Below are positions 58,252 through 64,000 of a stretch of DNA of 64,000 nt, one piece after another; within the stretch, counting starts at the first letter, position 1, and every line of letters begins with the position of its first letter. The DNA comes from an uncultured Anaerolineales bacterium (GTDB lineage Bacteria; Chloroflexota; Anaerolineae; B4-G1): NCBI GenBank assembly GCA_964528475.1, contig CAZGSX010000003.1, positions 1,681 through 65,680 on the forward strand, given 5' to 3'. Made by a program: the position numbers and the translations under genes. A model generated the notes under the pieces. That model made no database searches. It was not told the DNA's origin and saw only the letters and a program-made list of their open reading frames with translations.

Positions 58252-58782
58252 ATGCACGTTCGCCCAGCCGAACCAAAGGACTTATCCGCCTGCAGCGAGC
58301 TGGACCACTCATATACCACTGATCAGGTATGGCAGATGGACACCCGCAGGACAGATGGGGCTTGGCGAGTGGTGTTCCGCACAGTCCGGTTGCCTCGGGA
58401 GATCCAGGTCGATTATCCGCGGCAAGGGGAGGATCTTCTGGCGGGCTGGAGGCGCCGCGACGGCTTCATCGTGGCAGAAATAGACGATCGCGTGTGGGGC
58501 TATGCCACCCTGACTGTGCAGCCCGAGCATGGCATCCTGTGGGTGGACGATCTGGTTGTAGATCGATCTCAAAGACATCGTGGGGTTGGAACCGCGCTCC
58601 TGAAGGCCTGTGCCCAGTGGGGATGCAGTCAGGACATGGTCCGGCTAACCGTGGAGGTGCAGACCAAGAACTACCCCGCCATACGCTTCTGCCGCACGCG
58701 CGGCCTCACGTTCTCCGGATATAACGATCACTATTGGGCAAGTGAGGACATCGCCGTATTCTTCACGGGTAGGCTGCGGTAG
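58252..58782 (+). CDS. GNAT family N-acetyltransferase
   Basis: Acetyl-CoA binding motif A LVVDRSQRHRGVGTALL; about 176 aa. Confidence 0.85.
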   Translation: MHVRPAEPKDLSACSELDHSYTTDQVWQMDTRRTDGAWRVVFRTVRLPREIQVDYPRQGEDLLAGWRRRDGFIVAEIDDRVWGYATLTVQPEHGILWVDDLVVDRSQRHRGVGTALLKACAQWGCSQDMVRLTVEVQTKNYPAIRFCRTRGLTFSGYNDHYWASEDIAVFFTGRLR

Positions 58783-58943
58783 TCGATCGGGCCCAGGGCG
58801 ACGGGAGTCCCGTCGTTAGAGTCGCTTTTTGACAAGGTACGCATCTGCTTCTGCCCCCGACAGACTGGGACCAGTGCTTACAGCAGAAGACGAGAGCCGG
58901 GAGGGGAGAAGCAACAGGGTATCATCTGGTACTGGTTAATGTA

Positions 58944-60959
58944 TTGATTGGGTCGATGGGTTCTTTATTGGTATTAGATATTCAGAGGCTACTTGAGTGG
59001 GTTAATGTCGTGCTCACCTCCGGCATTGTCATCTTCTCCTTTGCCCTTCTCCTGTATCTCCTGATTCACAGTCATCACAACCGAGTTGCGCGTACGTTTG
59101 CCTTCTTGCTGGGATGCGTTCTGCTCACGTACTTCGTGGATCTGGCACTGTTTGGGGTTAAGGAGGCGCGGGCGGCGCAGCCGTGGCTCAGAGTGCAGTG
59201 GGTCGGGATTGCCCTTGCGCCAGCCGCCTATCTCAACTTCTCTAACGCCTTGCTGAACACGACAGGAGAGCGGAGCAGGCTGCAGACAGTCGCCGTCTAT
59301 GTGAGCTATGTGCTGAGCGGTCTCTTGCTGGGAGGCGCAGCCTTTGGAGACCTGGTGGTACAAGGCAGCTTGTCCACAGATCAGCTGCCACACCTGCTCC
59401 CGGGTCCCCTGTTCCCCTTGTTCACTCTGTACTTCTCAGTGGCGGTGGCCTGGGGCGCAGCTAACGTGTTGCGCGCGCGGAGTCGCTGTCTCACCTCGAC
59501 CTCTCGACGACGCATGTCGTACCTGGCAGCTACCTTCGCTGCCCCGGCCGCAGGGGTCTTCCCGTATCTGCTGCTCGCAGGTTGGCCCACCCCTGCACCG
59601 GGAATAGGGCTCTGGCTGGTCCTGATCGTCGGGAACATCTCCGTGGGGGCGATGCTGGTCGTTCTGTCCTACAGCGTGGTTTCCTTTGGTGCTCTGACCC
59701 CTGACCGTGTGGTGAAGCACCGCCTGGTGCACTTTCTCCTGCGAGGGCCCTTCGTGGCCACGCTAGTAGCTATCATCATTATTGTGACCTCCCAGACGGA
59801 AGGGTGGCTGGGACTCCCCAGTCGGCGCCTCATGCTGTTCGGTGTCGTCGGCTTGATTCTGCTGCTGCAAGTCGCCATTGAAGTCGCCAAGCCATTGATT
59901 GACCGAGCGCTTTACCGCCAGGATCGGGCAGAGATCGAATGGATCCAGGGGCTCTCGAATCGTCTTCTCACCTCGACTGACCTCCACCAGTTCCTGGAGA
60001 GTGTGCTGACAGCGCTGTGCGAGCTCCTAAGAATTGACACAGCTTTTGTGGCAGTCATGGACGACGGCGAGGCCCATCTGGAGGTCGCCTGTGGAGACCT
60101 GAAGACCAGCCAGCCCGGGGATCTGTCCCTGGAGGCTTGGCGTGTGTCTTTGCAGCGAGTGGGCACGACGGAGAACCATGAGACACGCGCCGGCGATGAG
60201 TCGCCAAGCCGAAGAAAGAGGAATGGCGAACAGCGGCAACTGGTCCGCCATGGTGATCTTTTCGTATGGAATGGGTACTGGCTTGCCCCGCTTCGCTCAA
60301 GCGGCGACACAACTATGATCCTGGGCGTGCTTGGTCTTGCGGCGCGGGCCCCCGAGCCGAACCTGACACCGGAGGAGAAGCGCGGCGTGGACAACCTGCT
60401 GGCCCAAGCAGCCGCGGCTCTGGAGGACCGACAGCTCCAACAGGGCATCTTCAGCGCCCTGGGACGAATCATGCCGGAGATTGAGGACATTCAACGACGT
60501 CGGGGAATGGTCCACTATTCAGGCGACGAGGCCCTCTCCGGGTTCAGGGCAATCGGGTCCAGTGAGTTCCGCGAATGGGTATTCGAGGCGCTCAAACACT
60601 ACTGGGGAGGCCCCAAGCTGACCACCAGTCCCCTTATGTCGCTGCAGATTGTGGAACGGGCAACCCGCGAGCAAGATGGCAACCCGATGAAGGGCCTCCG
60701 CTCGGTGCTTCGCCAGGCCATCGAGCGGCTGCGACCCGAGGGCGAGCGGAAGATGACCGCTCCCGCCTGGGTCCTGTTCAATATCCTGGACCTGAAGTTC
60801 CTTCAGGGGCAGAAGGTACGGGAGGTGGCGCAACGCCTGGCGATGAGCGAGTCGAACCTGTACCGGAAGCAGCGCGTGGCGATCCAAGCGGCGGCTCAGA
60901 TGCTCGCGGAGATGGAGCGCGAGGAGTTAGAGAACCAAGCGGAGGGAGCCAAGACGTAG
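58944..60959 (+). CDS. Polytopic membrane sensor protein: N-terminal 7-8 TM domain, central GAF-like domain, C-terminal sigma-70 region-4-like HTH
   Basis: TM helices through about aa 300. LRIDTAFVAVMDDGEAHLEVACGD...GVLGLAARA (GAF-like). C-terminal ILDLKFLQGQKVREVAQRLAMSESNLYRKQRVAIQAAAQML resembles the sigma70_r4_2 HTH. Confidence 0.6.
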   Translation: MIGSMGSLLVLDIQRLLEWVNVVLTSGIVIFSFALLLYLLIHSHHNRVARTFAFLLGCVLLTYFVDLALFGVKEARAAQPWLRVQWVGIALAPAAYLNFSNALLNTTGERSRLQTVAVYVSYVLSGLLLGGAAFGDLVVQGSLSTDQLPHLLPGPLFPLFTLYFSVAVAWGAANVLRARSRCLTSTSRRRMSYLAATFAAPAAGVFPYLLLAGWPTPAPGIGLWLVLIVGNISVGAMLVVLSYSVVSFGALTPDRVVKHRLVHFLLRGPFVATLVAIIIIVTSQTEGWLGLPSRRLMLFGVVGLILLLQVAIEVAKPLIDRALYRQDRAEIEWIQGLSNRLLTSTDLHQFLESVLTALCELLRIDTAFVAVMDDGEAHLEVACGDLKTSQPGDLSLEAWRVSLQRVGTTENHETRAGDESPSRRKRNGEQRQLVRHGDLFVWNGYWLAPLRSSGDTTMILGVLGLAARAPEPNLTPEEKRGVDNLLAQAAAALEDRQLQQGIFSALGRIMPEIEDIQRRRGMVHYSGDEALSGFRAIGSSEFREWVFEALKHYWGGPKLTTSPLMSLQIVERATREQDGNPMKGLRSVLRQAIERLRPEGERKMTAPAWVLFNILDLKFLQGQKVREVAQRLAMSESNLYRKQRVAIQAAAQMLAEMEREELENQAEGAKT

Positions 60960-61059
60960 CAAGCGGTATTGACGGTTCATCCAGTCCCGAGGGGGACATC
61001 CAGCGTCCGGGCCTCGTGAAAAGCACCAGAGAGCCCTCACGCATGGCCCAGGGCGGAGC

Positions 61060-62151
61060 ATGGCGCGAGGAAGGACCGGCACGGAGGTAGTGATGGGGCG
61101 TAGAGGAGAATGGATCCCTCCCGAAGCACCACTAGGCGAGGGATACTGGCGAGCGCTGTTGCGCGATGGAGAAGCCGCGAGCGCTGCGCCCGCGGTCAGT
61201 CCCACGGAGGTGTGGAGAAATCGTGCGCCTGAATCAGGCACGGCGCCCGAGCAGACCGCTGAGTCATCCGACGTTGAGGACCCTTGGGAGCGGGCCCGTC
61301 ACCTGATGGCTGTAGAGCGTACGATGGAGCTGCCGGTTGTGGGCTGCAACCGCGGAGGGTTGCTCGTGGCCTGGAATGGCCTGACCGGATTCGTGCCAGC
61401 CTCCCATCTGCTTGAACTGACTCCGGTGGCCGACGAGCGAGAGCGCCGGAAGGCCATGGAGGAGTACATTGGCAGCCGGTTGCCCCTTCAGATCATCGAA
61501 TTGGACCGCGACAGGGAGCGCTTTGTTCTATCGGAGCGCGCAGCGCAGATCGACTCTCAAGAGGGCGAGGGATTGCTTGACCAGCTTGAACCTGGGGAGA
61601 TCTGTCAAGGCCGGGTGACCAGTCTGTGTTCCTTCGGTGCCTTCATTGATTTGGGAGGGTTTGAGGGGCTGGCGCACATCTCCGAGCTTTCCTGGGGAAG
61701 AGTGGGGCACCCCAGAGAGGTGTTGGAGCCCGGGGAGATGGTGGGCGTGTACGTTCTGAACGTGGATCCCAAGCGGGAACGGGTGGCGTTGAGTATCAAG
61801 CGCTTGCAGCCTAACCCGTGGGAGTCCGTCGAAGAGCGGTACGCCGTGGGGCAAATGCTGGAGGGCAGGGTGAGTCACGTGGTGGACTTCGGCGCCTTCG
61901 TTCAGATAGAGAAGGGACTCGAGGGGCTCATTCACGTCTCGGAGCTGCAACCCGGCAACCCGTGTGATCCGCGCGATCTGCTGAGAGCCGGTGACCAGGT
62001 CTCCGTGACCGTGCTGTCGATAGACGGCGGCCGACAGCGCATGGGGCTGAGACTCGACGAACGGCAGTCGACGACCGCAACAGCTTCAGCCTTATCCGAG
62101 GGTGCTGAGACACCCCTTAGAGCATCGGAAGAGCATGAGAGACAGATATAA
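61060..62151 (+). CDS. S1 RNA-binding domain protein (three S1-like domains; ribosomal protein S1 paralog), probable start MGRRGEW at 61093
   Basis: S1 OB-fold motifs: GRVTSLCSFGAFIDLGG.EGLAHISEL; GRVSHVVDFGAFVQIEKGLEGLIHVSEL; VVGCNRGGLLVAWNGLTGFVPASHL. Confidence 0.8.
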   Translation: MARGRTGTEVVMGRRGEWIPPEAPLGEGYWRALLRDGEAASAAPAVSPTEVWRNRAPESGTAPEQTAESSDVEDPWERARHLMAVERTMELPVVGCNRGGLLVAWNGLTGFVPASHLLELTPVADERERRKAMEEYIGSRLPLQIIELDRDRERFVLSERAAQIDSQEGEGLLDQLEPGEICQGRVTSLCSFGAFIDLGGFEGLAHISELSWGRVGHPREVLEPGEMVGVYVLNVDPKRERVALSIKRLQPNPWESVEERYAVGQMLEGRVSHVVDFGAFVQIEKGLEGLIHVSELQPGNPCDPRDLLRAGDQVSVTVLSIDGGRQRMGLRLDERQSTTATASALSEGAETPLRASEEHERQI

Positions 62152-64000
62152 CAGCCAGCAGCCACGCGGCGGCGTACTGAGCCCCCTGTTGCAGCAAATT
62201 CTCGCCTTGCTGGTCATCGCCCTGGGCAGCATCACCTTGCTGGCGGTCTTTGGTGTGACCGACGGTCAATGGGCCAACGCTTGGGTCAGGCTTCTCCATC
62301 GTGCCGTGGGTTGGGGCGCCTACCCGTTGGGCGCATCGATCGTCTTCGCAGGCTTGCTGTGGCTCCAGTACCTTCTGGACCGAGACATTCATTGGCGATG
62401 GCGGCCGTTTGTCGGTGCCGAGCTGGTCTTCTTCAGCCTGCTGGGCCTGACGCATGCGCTCCTCGGTCGGAACGATCCCTGGATGTGGACGCAGAGGGAT
62501 TGGGGGGGCGGATTGGTGGGATGGGGGCTGTCGATCCTACTGTCAACGTACCTCGGCTGGCCCATCGCTGTTCTCAGCCTAGCGCTCCTCTCAGTGCTGG
62601 GGCTGGCCCTCGTATTTGACGTGACGTTAGATGAGCTGAAACGGAGTATCCGGGTGGTGCAGGGTGGCATCGCCGCCTATCGAGCGCGACGCGCCAGGGC
62701 CCAACTGGCGCGCGAGCGCTCGACAGGCGCCGGACCCTCGAACAACCCGGAGGGTTCCGGCGCCGCGGACAGTGCATCCAAGCACCCATCCAACGCCTCC
62801 TCGTCATCGAGATCGAAGGGCGGATCACGTGACCGCCCGAGCCGGACGCGGGGCGCCACCCCTGAGAGAGCTACCCTACCTCCCCTCAGCTTGCTGGACG
62901 AGTCTGAAGGCCCCCCGCTGACGGATCAGCAGATTCGTCACAAGTCCCGGATCATCAGAGAGACATTGGCCCAGTTCGGCCTGCCCGTGGAGGTGGTGGA
63001 GGTGCGAATGGGCCCAGCAGTCACCCAGTTTGGGGTGGAGCCGGGATTCGTGGAACGCGCCCGTTCTGGAGACCGGAAGGTACGGGTCCGCCAGATCACC
63101 CAGCGCACTGATGACCTAGCGCTGGCTTTGGCGACGCCGCGCCTACGTGTGGAGGCCCCGGTCCCGGGTCGACCATTTGTCGGCATTGAGGTCCCGAACG
63201 AGGACATCCAGGTGGTCGGTGTGCGGGAGGTCATGGCGTCGGACGCCTTTCAGCGGCTCGACTCTCCTCTGGCCATCGCCCTCGGCCACGACGTGGCCGG
63301 TCAGGCGGTCGCTGCCGACCTCATCAAGATGCCCCACCTCTTGATCGGCGGGACGACAGGCTCCGGCAAGTCCGTCTGCATCAAGTCTATCACCACCTGC
63401 CTGGTCTGCAACAACACGCCCGATGACCTGCGCCTGGTGATGATCGATCCCAAGATGGTCGAGCTTGTCCGCTTCAGCGGCCTTCCACACCTCTACGGTA
63501 GCGTGGAGGTCGATCTGGATCGGGTTGTCAAGGTGCTCCGATGGGTGGCCCTGGAGATGGATGAGCGGTACAAGCGCTTCTCGGACGCATCAGCCCGCCA
63601 TCTGGACGACTTCAACCGGCGGATGGACAAAAGAGACAAGCCTACCTTGCCGCGCATAGTGGTGCTGATTGACGAGCTAGCTGACTTGATGATGCTAGCA
63701 CCGGAGGCCGTGGAGCAGCTTCTGTGCCGCATCGCCCAGATGGGGCGCGCCACGGGGATTCATCTGGTCGTAGCGACCCAGCGTCCCAGCACCGATGTGG
63801 TGACAGGCCTGATCAAGGCCAACTTCCCAGCCCGCATTGCCTTCGCTACAGCCAGCCAGGTTGACTCCCGCGTGATTCTAGACATGCAGGGGGCGGAGAC
63901 TCTCCTGGGCGACGGCGATATGCTCTTCCTGGCCCCCGATGCGGGATATCCCAAGCGTGTCCAAGGCTGTTATGTCTCGCCCGAGGAGCTGGATCGGGTC
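62135..64000 (+). CDS. ftsK: DNA translocase FtsK/SpoIIIE (5' part; truncated by window end). Absent from ORF track because it has no stop codon in the window.
   Basis: N-terminal four TM helices, Ser/Arg linker. Motor domain LIGGTTGSGKSVCIKSI (Walker A), IVVLIDELADLMM (Walker B), IHLVVATQRPSTDV. ATG 62135 overlaps the S1 gene stop. Confidence 0.9.
   Translation, partial: MRDRYNSQQPRGGVLSPLLQQILALLVIALGSITLLAVFGVTDGQWANAWVRLLHRAVGWGAYPLGASIVFAGLLWLQYLLDRDIHWRWRPFVGAELVFFSLLGLTHALLGRNDPWMWTQRDWGGGLVGWGLSILLSTYLGWPIAVLSLALLSVLGLALVFDVTLDELKRSIRVVQGGIAAYRARRARAQLARERSTGAGPSNNPEGSGAADSASKHPSNASSSSRSKGGSRDRPSRTRGATPERATLPPLSLLDESEGPPLTDQQIRHKSRIIRETLAQFGLPVEVVEVRMGPAVTQFGVEPGFVERARSGDRKVRVRQITQRTDDLALALATPRLRVEAPVPGRPFVGIEVPNEDIQVVGVREVMASDAFQRLDSPLAIALGHDVAGQAVAADLIKMPHLLIGGTTGSGKSVCIKSITTCLVCNNTPDDLRLVMIDPKMVELVRFSGLPHLYGSVEVDLDRVVKVLRWVALEMDERYKRFSDASARHLDDFNRRMDKRDKPTLPRIVVLIDELADLMMLAPEAVEQLLCRIAQMGRATGIHLVVATQRPSTDVVTGLIKANFPARIAFATASQVDSRVILDMQGAETLLGDGDMLFLAPDAGYPKRVQGCYVSPEELDRV

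Overview
High-GC (~62-64%) bacterial chromosomal window, gene-dense and mostly core genome. The gene content (LCP and LysM envelope proteins with Pro/Thr-rich linkers, DUF2207, epimerase-type threonine dehydrogenase) suggests a Chloroflexota-like or other high-GC monoderm lineage, but that is only a guess.

Coding content, in order along the window:
- a DUF4097-like and bactofilin-repeat gene pair, an aldo/keto reductase, a tandem-repeat lipoprotein and a polysaccharide deacetylase;
- a NUDIX hydrolase, then an ECF sigma/anti-sigma pair;
- two paralogous ADP-forming acetyl-CoA synthetases (7424-9541 and 26393-28501);
- tRNA-Leu(CAA), followed by an envelope cluster: a DUF2207 giant protein, a 7TM-GAF membrane protein, a LysM protein and an LCP protein;
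- an OmpR-type two-component system (sensor kinase plus response regulator);
- a tandem-FAS1 fasciclin protein, a CpxP/Spy-like exported protein, a CDF metal exporter and a gamma-carbonic anhydrase;
- ffh-rpsP-KH-rimM-dprA, manC, topA, a SAM methyltransferase;
- tRNA-His and tRNA-Arg;
- a split saccharopine pathway (lysine-ketoglutarate reductase plus saccharopine dehydrogenase);
- yvcK-gap-pgk-tpi;
- a NitT/TauT-type ABC transporter;
- a tdh-kbl threonine catabolic operon;
- a GH36 alpha-galactosidase, nth, yraN, miaA, a GNAT acetyltransferase;
- a polytopic membrane sensor with a C-terminal sigma-70 region-4-like HTH, an S1-domain protein, and the 5' part of ftsK.

The most interesting non-annotated signal is a pair of near-identical arrays of four TGAAGA-like hexamers at exact 11-bp periodicity, the classic OmpR/PhoB-family binding-site geometry. 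One sits upstream of the two-component operon and one sits at the promoter of the CpxP/Spy-like gene beside the CDF exporter, implying an autoregulated envelope or metal-stress regulon.

A recurring TTGNNN-17-TGGTAKAAT extended -10 promoter architecture is visible at several genes and tRNAs. No CRISPR array, prophage or obvious mobile element was seen.
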